Source of the DNA: a virus
Lineage: Duplodnaviria; Caudoviricetes
Virus record (IMG/VR): IMGVR_UViG_3300025413_001239
Direction: 5' to 3' (one strand)
Length of the DNA stretch: 64,000 bases
In this document: positions 1 to 12,000 of the stretch, piece after piece
How the letters are laid out: every line of letters begins with the position of its first letter
Position numbering within the stretch: the stretch's first letter is position 1
Translations under genes and position numbers: made by a program
The notes under the pieces: model-generated
Database searches by the model: none
The model's input: the letters and a program-made list of their open reading frames with translations, nothing else
Told to the model about the DNA's origin: nothing

Positions 1-2
1 GT

Positions 3-836
3 GGTGGTGGTGGTGGTGGCCCTACTGTAGGTGGTGGTTTAGGTGTTAGTGCCGCTAATGCAGCTACAACAGCTGAACAAGAAGGTATGATATTTGCTGA
101 GGGTCAAGCTGCTAGAAATGTTACAAATATTAGTAACGATATAGGAGAAACTGGAACAAATACAATTAATAAAGTTGGTGGGGTTACAACACAAAGTGTT
201 CAAAATGTTGAAAAAGCATCTACTAGTGTAATATCTAAAATTGGTAACGTTGCAAAAGGTACTTTAGGTGCTATTGGTGGTACTGTAACTGGTGGTCTTT
301 TAGGTAGTGGTGCTTATGAGATGACTAGTGGAAAACAAGCTAATAAAGGTGGTACATTTGGTGCGATAGCTGGTGGTGCTTTAGGTACTATTGGTGCTCT
401 TTTATTAGCACAACCAGAATTAATCCCACTTTTTTCAACACTTGGTTCTTCAGCTGGTTCATATATTGGTAATAAAATTGGTGAGGTTAATGATGGGGTT
501 GTATTTAATCCTAACGATAAATTTATGAAGGTTAATGATGGTACGATGATTGCTGGTACTAATGTTAATGGTAATAAAGATTTAGCTAGAGTATTGGGTT
601 CACAACAAGTTAACGCACCATCAACACCTATTAATTCATTACCAGGTAATTTAAATGTACAATTAGGTGATTTAAAAATAAATGGCTCAATTGAATTAAA
701 ATTAGGTAATAATATAACTCAAGAATTGGGTACTCAATTGATAAATGACCCATCATTTATCAGAAATATATCAAGATTAGTTAACCAGGCTACTCAAACA
801 TCTGTTTCTGGTAAACCTGGTTTAGTTAAAAGCTAA
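3..836 (+). CDS. C-terminal part of a probable tail tape-measure protein (5'-truncated by the window)
   Basis: The frame is open from position 3 (GGGGGGPTVGGG...) into the ORF called at 87. It has Gly/Ala-rich hydrophobic GAIAGGALG-type segments and lies directly upstream of tube-initiator and hub genes. Confidence 0.6.
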   Translation, partial: GGGGGGPTVGGGLGVSAANAATTAEQEGMIFAEGQAARNVTNISNDIGETGTNTINKVGGVTTQSVQNVEKASTSVISKIGNVAKGTLGAIGGTVTGGLLGSGAYEMTSGKQANKGGTFGAIAGGALGTIGALLLAQPELIPLFSTLGSSAGSYIGNKIGEVNDGVVFNPNDKFMKVNDGTMIAGTNVNGNKDLARVLGSQQVNAPSTPINSLPGNLNVQLGDLKINGSIELKLGNNITQELGTQLINDPSFIRNISRLVNQATQTSVSGKPGLVKS

Positions 837-866
837 TAAATATTTAAAAAAATAATTAAAAATAAG

Positions 867-897
867 TTGATTTTATAATTTTTTTTACGTATATTTG
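867..897 (+). promoter_or_regulatory. Bacteroidota-type housekeeping promoter (TTG-N20-TATATTTG)
   Basis: TTG at 867-869 and TATATTTG at 890-897 match the -33 TTG / -7 TAnnTTTG consensus. No ORF lies between it and the next hairpin. Confidence 0.7.
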
Positions 898-900
898 CAT

Positions 901-991
901 ATAATATATTAAATAACAACTATTAAATAACTATATAATTATAGATTATAATTATTATTATAATTACAATAAAAAATATAAAATAAAATAT
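901..991. repeat. About 95% AT tract with short direct repeats
   Basis: Only 5 G/C in 91 nt. TATTAAATAAC x2 (907-917, 921-931) and TATAATTA x3 (934-941, 947-954, 959-966). Confidence 0.8.
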
Positions 992-1020
992 AGGCCCTAA
1001 ATGGGTCTATTTTATTTTAT
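978..1020. terminator. Intrinsic, probably bidirectional, terminator hairpin
   Basis: TAGGCCC-taaat-GGGTCTA stem (one G-U pair) extended by pairing of the flanking A-rich and T-rich arms. Confidence 0.7.
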
Positions 1021-1056
1021 ACAACCTTTATTTTGTTAAATTTTTTTATATAATAC

Positions 1057-1064
1057 TATTTATA
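1057..1064 (+). promoter_or_regulatory. Putative late-promoter motif TATTTATA
   Basis: Ends 16 nt before the ATG at 1081. The same motif recurs upstream of many structural genes. Confidence 0.5.
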
Positions 1065-1080
1065 TAAAAAGATTTATACT

Positions 1081-4000
1081 ATGCCATTGTATTATAATAC
1101 ATCAATACCAACAGATAGTACTCGTAATACTATAAATAGTGTTACTGTTGGTACAGTAACTGGTAATGATATTCGTGACTTCTTATTAAGTAAAAATATC
1201 ATAAACCCTATTAAATATCCACAGAAAGCTATATTTCAAGGAACTGGACCACTTGGTGGTGAACCAGTATTAGATACATTTGCTAATAATGGTGATTCGG
1301 TAATTAATCAATTACCAATCGAATCTGAGACTTTTCGTTATGAAAATAATGTTATTAATAATAGATTTGTTAATTCTGATGGGTTACCACCAACATTTGT
1401 TAAAATTGAATACCAACTAATAGAATCTAATCCAGATTATCCAACATCACCAAATCCAGATAATGGTACAACTGATTATTATAAAGAAGATAGAAATAAA
1501 TATGGTATTTTACCTAAATCTAATTTATTATCGTATAGAGAAAAATCTACATTAAAGAATTTATATGTTGATAATACTAAACAAGTTGATGTATCAGATT
1601 ATATTGTACTTCAACCAATTAATACTAATTCTCAAATAAGTGGTGGTTATTTAGATAAATATGGTGGGATAAACTTAGGTCAAGGTGTAGCAGTTCAAGC
1701 CGCTAATATTTTAGGTAGTGCAATTAATGGTCAAGGTATTGGTATTTCAAATCTTAATGGTGGATTATCAAATAGTTTTGATATTAGAAGTTCTTTAGCT
1801 GGTAGAGCTTTAACAGCAGCTGGCATACTTAAAGATACTAAATTAGGTGTTATTGGTGGTCAACAATTAGCTTTAGCCTTAGCTAATAACGCAGCGTTTA
1901 ATACACAAAAGCAAATATTAGGTTTATTTGATGTTAGTACAGATATTACTAATATTATTCAAGGTAAAGGTTTAAATGGTTTTAGAAAAAATTATACAAT
2001 TACTGTTCCTTCTAATACTAAACCATTAACATATGTTGAAAAAGTATTAGGTTTTTATACACCGAATTCTTTTTTAAGTAGTGATGGTTCACCATTCTCA
2101 AATGAAAATGGTTATGTAACCGACATGCAATGGACTAACAGTATGCTTATTAATACTGGTGATGGACAAATTGATTCACTTACAGCTAATATTAAAGCTA
2201 ATCTTGGTTTAGGTAAAAATGTTTCTAATGGATATAATCAAGACGATACACCATTTAGAAGTGGTTATTCACCAGGTTATACTGACCATAAACGTAAATT
2301 TATAGTAAACCCTAATGGTTACGCATTTATGACAACTAAGGGTGATTTATACCCATTTGTTAATGCTTTAACAACAACAACTGGTGGTACTACTACCACA
2401 AATAAAGTAATTCCAGATTTAAATTGGAATAGAGAGGCGATTGTTGTTGATTATGGTTTTGTTAGTCCAGAAGATGGTAATATCCATTATAATGTTGACG
2501 ATGGTGCACCATTCAAAACTAATTTTACTTGGATTACTAATAATGGTGATGCTTTAAATTCAAATAAAGGTGGAATCACGTTTCAAGGTGATTTAGCCAC
2601 ACCTTCAAATAATAAAAAATCACTATTATGGAAAACCCAATTATTATTTAACGATAAAGGTATGAAAAATATCGTATCTGTTAAGGGTGATATGGGTATT
2701 AAAAAGAGTACACAAATACAAACAGTATCTTCAGTTGGTGGTATATCTAAGGGTTCAGCTGTCTTAACTAATTGGATGTTTAATCCAAAAGATGGGTCAA
2801 TAATGAAAAATGCTACTGGGCAAACTGCCGATAATACTTTTTGTAGGGCTTGGACACCATATAATAGATATGATTCATTAAGTAAATTAATAAGAAGTGC
2901 TGGTATCAATCAAGCTGAAACACCTGGTAATGGAAATACAATACAAAATAGGTGGAGGTTAAATTATCAAGGTTCTGTATTAGATGATAATGGTTTTGTT
3001 AAAATTGTTCCATATAAGACTGATAAAGATATTGATAGAAGTGGAACTTATGGTGGTGGAATACCAACCTCACCTAAGAAATATATGTTTTCAATAGAAA
3101 ATTTAGCTTGGGCTGGTCAAGCGGCATCTAACTTATTACCAATTGAACAAGGACCTGGTGACCTTTTAACGGGTAAGTTTGGTAGAATAATGTGGTTTCC
3201 ACCTTATGATTTAACTTTTAGTGAAACAAGTAACGTTAGTCTTGAAACAACAAATTTTATTGGTAGAGGTGAGCCAATATATACATATAATAACACTGAA
3301 AGAACAGGTAATTTATCGTTTAAAATATTTGCTGACCATTCTAGTATTATGAATACTTTTGCTGGTAAAAATGGGCCAAGTGAAGATTTTGTTCGTTCAT
3401 TTTTATCTGGTTGTATTGATTTAGAAGCAAGTTGGGGAAATAAATTTACATATGATGAAATGCATCAAGTAAAAATTAAAACGGTGACTGAAGTACCAAA
3501 ACAACAAGTCGTAAAACCACCAATATATATCTTTAGTTTTTATTTTCCAAATGATGTTTATGACATTAATTATACCCGTAATCTTAATGATGGTACCTTA
3601 GTTAAATTTTATGAACATAATAGCAAACACGAAAATAAAAATGGTGATTCTGTTGATGGTATTGGTGTTTATGCTGGACAAGAGGGTAATAATTGGGTTG
3701 ATAATACCAATTATGATTTTAATCTTGGTGTTGAAGGTCCAACAGGTAAAAAATATGATTCAGTTTTTAGTCCAAATTTTATTTCTGATTTAAATACTTG
3801 GTTAAATACAGAAATAAAGGATGGTGGTTGTAAGGGTTGTACAGCTAGAATTAGTGGTAAGGCAAGTAGTCAGACTGTTGCTAATAATATTAATTCACAA
3901 CTAGCACAAGAAAGAGCTAAAAGTTTAAACGAGTTTATTACTTCTAATTTTCCAAATGTAAAATGTAAAATAACAAAAACAAATGTTGGTACTGGTAACA

Positions 4001-5760
4001 ATCCTTATGGTACTTATTCAAAAGATGGTTCTACTGATTCTCAGGCTGCTAAATTTGACAGAATAGCTTCAGTTACCTTTACTATTGACCCAGAAAAAAT
4101 ACCAATTGAACAACCAAAAATCACACCTATTAATGGTAGTATACCAAGTAGTTTTAGTAATGGGTTTTTAAAAAGATTTTATACTGAATTAGATTTTTTT
4201 GAAAAATTACAAAAAGGTGACCCAGCTAATGGGATTCCAGCAGATACATTTATTTTTGATAAATTTAGGGAAAAAATAAGATATTTTCACCCATCATTTC
4301 ATTCTATTACACCTGAAGGATTTAATTCTAGATTAACATTTTTATTACAGTGTACAAGACAAGGTGCAACACAAAATTCAACTGGTGACCCACAAAATTT
4401 AGCATTTGGTCAACCACCAGTTTGTATTTTAAGAATTGGTGATTTTTATAACACAAAAATAATGATTGATAATGTTACCTTTAATTTTGATGATAACCTG
4501 TGGGATTTAAATCCTGAGGGTATAGGTGTTCAACCGATGATTACAACTGTTAATATATCATTTAAATATATTGGTGGTTCAACGCTTTATGGACCTATTA
4601 ATAAGCTTCAAAATGCTTTATCTTTTAATTATTTTGCAAATGCTCAAGTTTATGACCCAAGAGCTGATTTTATCACTAAATCACCAGATATTGTTGTAAA
4701 AGGTGAGACTCCTTCTGACCCAGATACTAAAAATCAACAAACAGCTTTTGATGCTCAAAAGTATCAATTAAATACTGGTTTAAATCCTTTAACACAATCA
4801 ATGGGTAAAATTACAGATGCTGAAATTGAAAAATTATTTGGTCCATCACAAAGTGATATACAACCAATAAATGCTCAAATTGCTGCAAATCCTAATACTA
4901 GCTTAACTGATATACAAAGACTAGAACTTTATAATTTATCGGCAGATACAACATCATGGTATTTCAATATTGGTAGGAAAGATTTAACCGATGATGGTTC
5001 GTTAAAACAAGATTACCCTTTATCTGTTAATATTATTGATGGTACAAACACATATAATATTGATTTAACAACTTACTTAGCTGATGATACACCATTAAAA
5101 AGTAATGAAACAAGTCAAGATTTTTCATTTCCATTTACATACTTAATACCTAATTTTACTGGTATAACACCTAATATAAATTATACTTTTAATGTAAAAG
5201 TTGGTGATGCTGGTACTTTAACAGGAAATTATAGTGGTGATACACTAATCAATTCTTCAAGTGCATCATCATCTGATAAAGCACCAAAAATTGTTGGGTT
5301 TAAAAGTTATGAAATTCATTCAACTCTTTATGATTATGTTTATACATTTAATGTTAGTATAAATACAGAAAATATTTATATCATATGTGGCAATACTATT
5401 ACTCAAATAATAAGTGATTCAGAATTACAAAGTTTTGTAAATAAAGGTATAAAAATAACACTCGAAAATTCTGTTAATCCAAGTGATTTTTCAGAATCGT
5501 TAATTATTAATTATCCAGTATACACCCCAATTAATGGAGATATAAATAATGGTTCTATTTGTACAAAAAATTGTGATAACCCATTAGGTCAAGCTGTTGG
5601 TAGTATTGGCGTTTATCTTGGTTCACCAATAGGGTCTAACCCTACAGTTAAATTAGTTGATGGAACTTATGTGTTGAAATTATGGTATAATGGAACAATA
5701 ATACAAAAATCAATGGTTCAAATACCTTTTGATGGTTCTAGTCAAACTAAATATTTTTAA
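1081..5760 (+). CDS. Baseplate/tail-tube initiator-like protein (two gp48/gp54-like tube domains flanking an OmpA-like domain)
   Basis: Tube-like motifs GRIMWFPPYDLTFSE...IGRGEPIYTYNNTERTGNLSF and PPVCILRIGDFYNTKIMIDNVTF...PMITTVNISF. OmpA-like core ISGKAS...NSQLAQERAKSL...DRIASVTF. Sits next to the LysM and hub genes. Confidence 0.65.
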   Translation: MPLYYNTSIPTDSTRNTINSVTVGTVTGNDIRDFLLSKNIINPIKYPQKAIFQGTGPLGGEPVLDTFANNGDSVINQLPIESETFRYENNVINNRFVNSDGLPPTFVKIEYQLIESNPDYPTSPNPDNGTTDYYKEDRNKYGILPKSNLLSYREKSTLKNLYVDNTKQVDVSDYIVLQPINTNSQISGGYLDKYGGINLGQGVAVQAANILGSAINGQGIGISNLNGGLSNSFDIRSSLAGRALTAAGILKDTKLGVIGGQQLALALANNAAFNTQKQILGLFDVSTDITNIIQGKGLNGFRKNYTITVPSNTKPLTYVEKVLGFYTPNSFLSSDGSPFSNENGYVTDMQWTNSMLINTGDGQIDSLTANIKANLGLGKNVSNGYNQDDTPFRSGYSPGYTDHKRKFIVNPNGYAFMTTKGDLYPFVNALTTTTGGTTTTNKVIPDLNWNREAIVVDYGFVSPEDGNIHYNVDDGAPFKTNFTWITNNGDALNSNKGGITFQGDLATPSNNKKSLLWKTQLLFNDKGMKNIVSVKGDMGIKKSTQIQTVSSVGGISKGSAVLTNWMFNPKDGSIMKNATGQTADNTFCRAWTPYNRYDSLSKLIRSAGINQAETPGNGNTIQNRWRLNYQGSVLDDNGFVKIVPYKTDKDIDRSGTYGGGIPTSPKKYMFSIENLAWAGQAASNLLPIEQGPGDLLTGKFGRIMWFPPYDLTFSETSNVSLETTNFIGRGEPIYTYNNTERTGNLSFKIFADHSSIMNTFAGKNGPSEDFVRSFLSGCIDLEASWGNKFTYDEMHQVKIKTVTEVPKQQVVKPPIYIFSFYFPNDVYDINYTRNLNDGTLVKFYEHNSKHENKNGDSVDGIGVYAGQEGNNWVDNTNYDFNLGVEGPTGKKYDSVFSPNFISDLNTWLNTEIKDGGCKGCTARISGKASSQTVANNINSQLAQERAKSLNEFITSNFPNVKCKITKTNVGTGNNPYGTYSKDGSTDSQAAKFDRIASVTFTIDPEKIPIEQPKITPINGSIPSSFSNGFLKRFYTELDFFEKLQKGDPANGIPADTFIFDKFREKIRYFHPSFHSITPEGFNSRLTFLLQCTRQGATQNSTGDPQNLAFGQPPVCILRIGDFYNTKIMIDNVTFNFDDNLWDLNPEGIGVQPMITTVNISFKYIGGSTLYGPINKLQNALSFNYFANAQVYDPRADFITKSPDIVVKGETPSDPDTKNQQTAFDAQKYQLNTGLNPLTQSMGKITDAEIEKLFGPSQSDIQPINAQIAANPNTSLTDIQRLELYNLSADTTSWYFNIGRKDLTDDGSLKQDYPLSVNIIDGTNTYNIDLTTYLADDTPLKSNETSQDFSFPFTYLIPNFTGITPNINYTFNVKVGDAGTLTGNYSGDTLINSSSASSSDKAPKIVGFKSYEIHSTLYDYVYTFNVSINTENIYIICGNTITQIISDSELQSFVNKGIKITLENSVNPSDFSESLIINYPVYTPINGDINNGSICTKNCDNPLGQAVGSIGVYLGSPIGSNPTVKLVDGTYVLKLWYNGTIIQKSMVQIPFDGSSQTKYF

Positions 5761-5763
5761 TAT

Positions 5764-6084
5764 ATGGCATATTTTGATAGATATAATAATTTTAGGGTTA
5801 ATGGTGCAATGAAACCAATACCAGGTTTAATTTTACCACCACTTTCATCAGATAAACAAATTATTTATGAATTAGGTAAATCAAGACTTGACATTATAAG
5901 TAATCAATACTATAATAGTCCTTATTATGGTTGGCTTATTTTATTGGCCAATCAAGAATTTGGTGGTTTAGAATTTAATATTAAAGACCAATCAATTTTA
6001 ACAATCCCATTTCCATTTGAAAGTGCGATAGAAAGATATATAACATCGATTAATACATACAAGTCTTTATATGGCGAACAATAG
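5764..6084 (+). CDS. LysM-like baseplate wedge protein (T4 gp53 / P2 gpX-like)
   Basis: RLDIISNQYYNSPYYGWLILLAN...LTIP motif, 106 aa, canonical position before the hub gene. Confidence 0.75.
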   Translation: MAYFDRYNNFRVNGAMKPIPGLILPPLSSDKQIIYELGKSRLDIISNQYYNSPYYGWLILLANQEFGGLEFNIKDQSILTIPFPFESAIERYITSINTYKSLYGEQ

Positions 6085-9000
6085 TCAAAAAATAATTAAA
6101 CCAATTGGTACTAGATTAAATTTAGTTGACCCAAATAATTTTGAGTATCAATATGCTGGTAATTCATTTGATGATAATAGTCAATTTAACATGTCTGTGC
6201 CAAACGAAGATTTGTGTATTATAGTTGAACTTAAAACAAATCAAACTAGCAGAACAGTTTTAAATAGTAATAATTCTAATTTTACAGTTAATAATACTAA
6301 TGCTGGTAATTCAAAAATCTTAGTTAATTTTATCGGTGGTAAAAATGATTCAACAGTTACTAATGACCCAAAAAGTAGTTATTTAACGACAAGTTATACT
6401 GATGTATCAGATATATCAACCAATAATAATGCTGTTGATGAAGCATTGGGTATAACTAGTATTGACATTGAATTTAATTCACAATATGCACCCATGATTA
6501 ATATCAACTTTATTGATATTAGAGGTGCGGCTATATTTCAAAATGGCGCAAAATCAAAATATGGTGTTTTTTTTAAATTACCATATCCAATTTTTCAATT
6601 AAAAATTAAGGGGTATTATGGTAAACCAGTTGTATATTGCTTACATATGATTAAATGTACAACTAAATTTAATTCTCAAACTGGTAATTTTGAAATAGCG
6701 GCACAATTTGTTGGTTATACATACGCAATGCTATCTGATATGATTTTAGGTTATATGAGAGCAGCTGAAGAAACTACTAGGGGTAAAGAATTATTATCAT
6801 CAAATTATAGTGGTATACCATCAATTAATAAATTATTATCAGATATTGGAAATATTGATAGGGGTGGTAGTGGTACTGATATACCACCAGAATTAGATAA
6901 AAAGATTAAGGCTTTACCAACTATTCAATCAGATGTTAGTTCAATAAAAACTTTAATAACTTCAACAATTAATTCTTTTAATACGTCAAATACAAGTTTA
7001 TTAAATAGTGGTAATGCTAATGACCCTAGCAATAGCAATACTTATAATATTTCAATATTAAATGGTGCTGTTGATGATAAAACATTACAAACTTTTAGTA
7101 CTGATTTTAATAAATTATTATTAACTTTTGATACTGACGTTAGAACAAATAAATTTTTGGATAATTTACAATATTCTGATACAACAAGTGATAAAAAACC
7201 AAATGTATTAAATATTAAATTAAATGATTTAATAAACCCAACAAATAAAGTTGATTTATATAATACAATAAGTTCAGCATATAACGTTGATTCTAAATCA
7301 ACCGATATTTTAGATGAAATAATAAAAAATTTAATTAACGTTTCCAATAGCATTTCAGATAAAAATTCAACCGTATTTTTTTATGATTTTAACTCTTTAT
7401 TATCAATATATGTTAATAATAAAAATAGTGCTATTGATTCATTAAATAAAGATTTAAATCTTCAATTAGTTTCAGCCGCTGAAACAAATTTAAAAAGTTT
7501 AAACGTTGATACCTCAATAAGAGGTATGCTAAGTGTTTTTACAACTGGTATTGAAATATTCTTACAACAATTAATCGAAACATCACAAAGATATCAAGAA
7601 AATAATAGAGTTAAAGAATTATTGGGTTTAGGTATAGAAAATTTAGATATATTAAATAATAAAAATAATAAAAATAATAATTCATCAAATAACCCAACTG
7701 TAATATATCCTTGGCCAGAATATGTTTTAAATGGTGAAGAAACATATATTGGTGGACCAAATGGTGTTAAAAATCCAGATAATGTACCAGAAATTCAATT
7801 AGTTAATGCATTATATCAAGGTTTTAAAGAAAATGAATTAGTTAATAATTCAAGTGTTGGTGGACCAAATACAGCCAATTGGTTTGCCAGTAACCCAGTT
7901 GATTCATCAATAAATTTTATTGGTTTTAATGAAACCAATGAAACAAATCCATATAATAGATTAGGGAATAATGCAACAAATTTAGATATAATAAATTATA
8001 TAGTTATTAGAGCTGTTACCTTTTTAGGGTTTTCAAATAGACTTATATCAGAAGCTGAAATAACTAACAGTAATGGTGATGGCTTTGCAGATAAAGAAGC
8101 GGCAAATTTCATATCCGCTTATCAAAATAATAATAATTTAATATCGGCAGTTAACTTACAATTAAATTCAATCATCTCAACAAATAGTATTTTAGATTTA
8201 AAAATAAATGATGTACAAATATTTGATTCAAATAATAATTTTAGGGGTAGTTTTGTACCAATAAAGTCAAAACCAAAAACTACCTCAAATGTTAATACTT
8301 CAAATACTAGTCAAACAGTTACTGCGAATTTTTTTGAAGATTATCATTTAATAAGTAGTGATATTACCAATGAAGATATTAAAAAAAATGATTTTTATTT
8401 AAATAATCTATTTGGACCAGCATTATCAGCTGATAAACTTGATAAATCACCATTTGATGGTGGTATTGGTTATGACCCTAACACAATACCCAGATATTTA
8501 GATTTTATAGATAAAAACCAATATGATACACAAACACCTAATGTAATAAAAGCAGCAAAACCAATTAATTTTAAAAAATTATCTGATTTAAAGTTAACAC
8601 CAACACCAACACCTGATAATTTAATTGATGTTGGTTTTTTAGCTAATGCTGGTAAATATGGTGTTCAAGAATTTACAACAATTGATTATTCTAATTCAAT
8701 ATATACTTTAAAAAATAATGCAACGACTTTATATTTTTATAGTTTATTTTTTGATAATGCAATTAACCCAAATACTAACATTGGTTACTTAACGTATCCA
8801 AGAAATTATGATGGTGTTGGTTATACAACTGATTATGATATTAAAAATAATAATTTTAAAGAAATAACTTCTAGTTCACCTTATGTTACAATAGACGAAT
8901 TAAATAGTATTTTCATTGCTGGACCAAATAAATCACAAAATACAACCCCTAATTATAATACTAGGCAAAATTTTGGTGCAAATATACAATTAATATCTGA

Positions 9001-12000
9001 TTTAAATAATGCTGAATACCCATATGCTACATTCAGTACCGCATCAAACATACTGAATAATAATGAACCTGAAACTCAAGAAACATTGATTAGTTTATTT
9101 GGTTCTCGTTTGTATAATAAACAAAGCATAACTGGACAAACATTTTTATTTTTACATTCACTACCATGGAGAGGTTTAATTTATTCAAGTAAACCAGGCG
9201 CATTTAAATTTGGTATTTTTAATGATGATAAAATACGAAGTATTTTTAAATATAGGACTGGTTTTATTCAAGTACCTAAATTATTCCCAGCATTTATCGG
9301 TGGTTTATTACTTAGATATCAAGAAGGTTTACTTGGTAAAGATATAATAGATTGGGGACCAAGTAATGATAACTATATACCAGTTTTTAATAGTGATTCA
9401 AATGGTCACATTCCAAAAACCGATGAATATCTAAGAGTTGATATTAAAGATATTTTATCTTCAATGGCTTTTGGTGCTAAAGAATTTTCTAATTATGCTA
9501 AATTAGAAGACACTTTACTAAATTTACCACAATCCGTTAAGGATTCGTTTATTCAAGAATTTTTAAATTTTTCTCTAACATATGATAATGATGTGAATCA
9601 ATATTGTCAAATAAAACCTAAATCTACTTGGGAAAATTCATTTAAAAATATTGTAAATGGAACTAAAAATGTTGATACAATTTTAAATAATTTTGACTTA
9701 CCAAAAAATGGTAAAATAACTGATTATAAAGTTATCACATATGCAAATACTGTTAATGATGCTAATAATAATGTTGATTATTGGGTTGGCTATTCATTAT
9801 TTTTAGAATATGCTGATGGCAGCTCACAATCAAAAATATTAAAAAATTTAATTTTTGATTATACGTATATATCAAATGATTCATATTTAATATGGAGCGA
9901 TGATATTTTTAATGATAATTATAATAATGGTGTTACTATTAATTATACAATTAATATACCTAGTTCTGTAATCATTAATTATTTAAAAGCATTTAAAGGT
10001 ATTACTAATACTAATGTTACCAATACACAAAGTTCTTCAGTTTCACAAACACAAGAATTAGCAATTAAATTTGAAACTTATAGAACATTAAAAAAAATAT
10101 ATGAGAAGTGGATTAACGTTTTAGAAAACAAATATACTAATGGTTCTAACGATGTAATATTTCAGTGCTGTACTCAAGGTACTTCAGTTGGTGATAGATT
10201 AAAAAAAGATACTGATATAGCTAAAAATCTCGGTGGTTATAATACACCAAGATTAATAGATAGTTTCAGATTTTTAGATAAAAATTTTAATGATATTAGT
10301 AAATTATTTAATATTAATCCATTAAGTTTTTATAAAATGATTATAAATAGCCCTAATATAAATTTTTATGATATGGCTGGTCGAATACTTACAGATAATC
10401 ATTTTAATTTTATTGCATTACCATCATTTGTTGACTATAATAATCCAGATGAGGTTGTTAATATGTTTACACCCTATACATATTACGAGGCTTCAACTAG
10501 GACAGTACAAGGACCATCATTTGTTTGCGTTTATGTTGGTCAAACATCAACTAAATTAGATTTTGATAATGACCAAGATTATGGTCATCCAAATGATGGG
10601 TTTGATTTAAATGGTAAGAATTTACCACAAGATTTCTCAAATTTAGCTAAAGATTGGGAAGATGTACATGCTGCTTTTGTTGTTAGATATGGTCAACAAA
10701 ATCAAAATATATTTAAGGATGTAAAATTAGACCAAGCTGAGTTTAGTGAAACGGCCGAATCATTATTAGTTGTTGATAATATAGCAAATAGTCTTGGTAA
10801 AACAAATCTTACATATGCTGGTCAAAATCTTTATGACGTTTATTCAGTTAGAAGTTATAAAGCTGAAGTTGAAATGCTTGGTAATGCCATGATTCAACCA
10901 ATGATGTATTTTCAATTAGAAAATATACCATTATTTCATGGTGCTTATTTAATTACAAAAGTTACACATTCGATTAAACCAAACCATATGTCAACAACAT
11001 TTAATGGTACTAGGATAAAATCTGGAAAAACACCACTTCTTACACAATCAGAAATTGTTGCCGATTTATTAACTAGTTATGGTTATAGTGTTCAACCACA
11101 AAGCATAGACTTAACAAAAAATTATGTTGATAAGTATCACGCAATACTGTATAGAAATTTACCAAGTAATAATACTATTGTTCGTACAACTGGTACACCT
11201 ATTTCAACAAATTTAGAAACAAATGTACCAAAAACAGCTTTAGCTGAGTATAAAACATTTGGTAATGGTACATACACAACACCTAAAATGAATAATAGAA
11301 TTAATGATTATTTTAATAAAATAGGTTCACCAGATTATACACAATGGAGTGCGGCTTTTATATCGTATGTAATGTATTCTGCTGATAATACTTTTCCAAT
11401 AAATGAATCACATTGTGGTTATGTAACACAGGCAATGAATGGTGAGAGTGGTTATGAGGTTTTTCCACTTAATTCTGGTTTAAAAATAAAAGCAGAGGTT
11501 GGTGACATTTTAACTTTTTCTAGACCTGGTGGTTTTTATAAATCACATTCCAATGTGATATATGAAGTTAACGGTAATGTCGCTAAATTAATGGGTGGTA
11601 ACGTTAGGGGTGTAAATGGTAATACTGTAAATATTAGTACAATTACATTGGATGATGGGTTTATCACAGATAATGTTAAATTTCCAGTTGGAAATGATTA
11701 CAAATTATTAACTAAAAATACTGGTGGTGTATATTACGACCATAAAACTAACTTATCTGATTACCCAATAGATTCAGTAAATCAAATTACATCAATTAAT
11801 ACAAAACAAACTAGTAAACAATTAAGTGCTAATCAATTAACTGTTAAAAATTTCTTTAAAGATTATTTTACGTCTTATGAAAATGGTAAATATTCTAGTA
11901 AAGCAAAAGAAATTACAGCTGGTATTATGGGAAATATTCAAGCAGAATCTGATTTTAATCCGACTCAAATAACCGCAGATTCAAATCATCAATATGCTTT

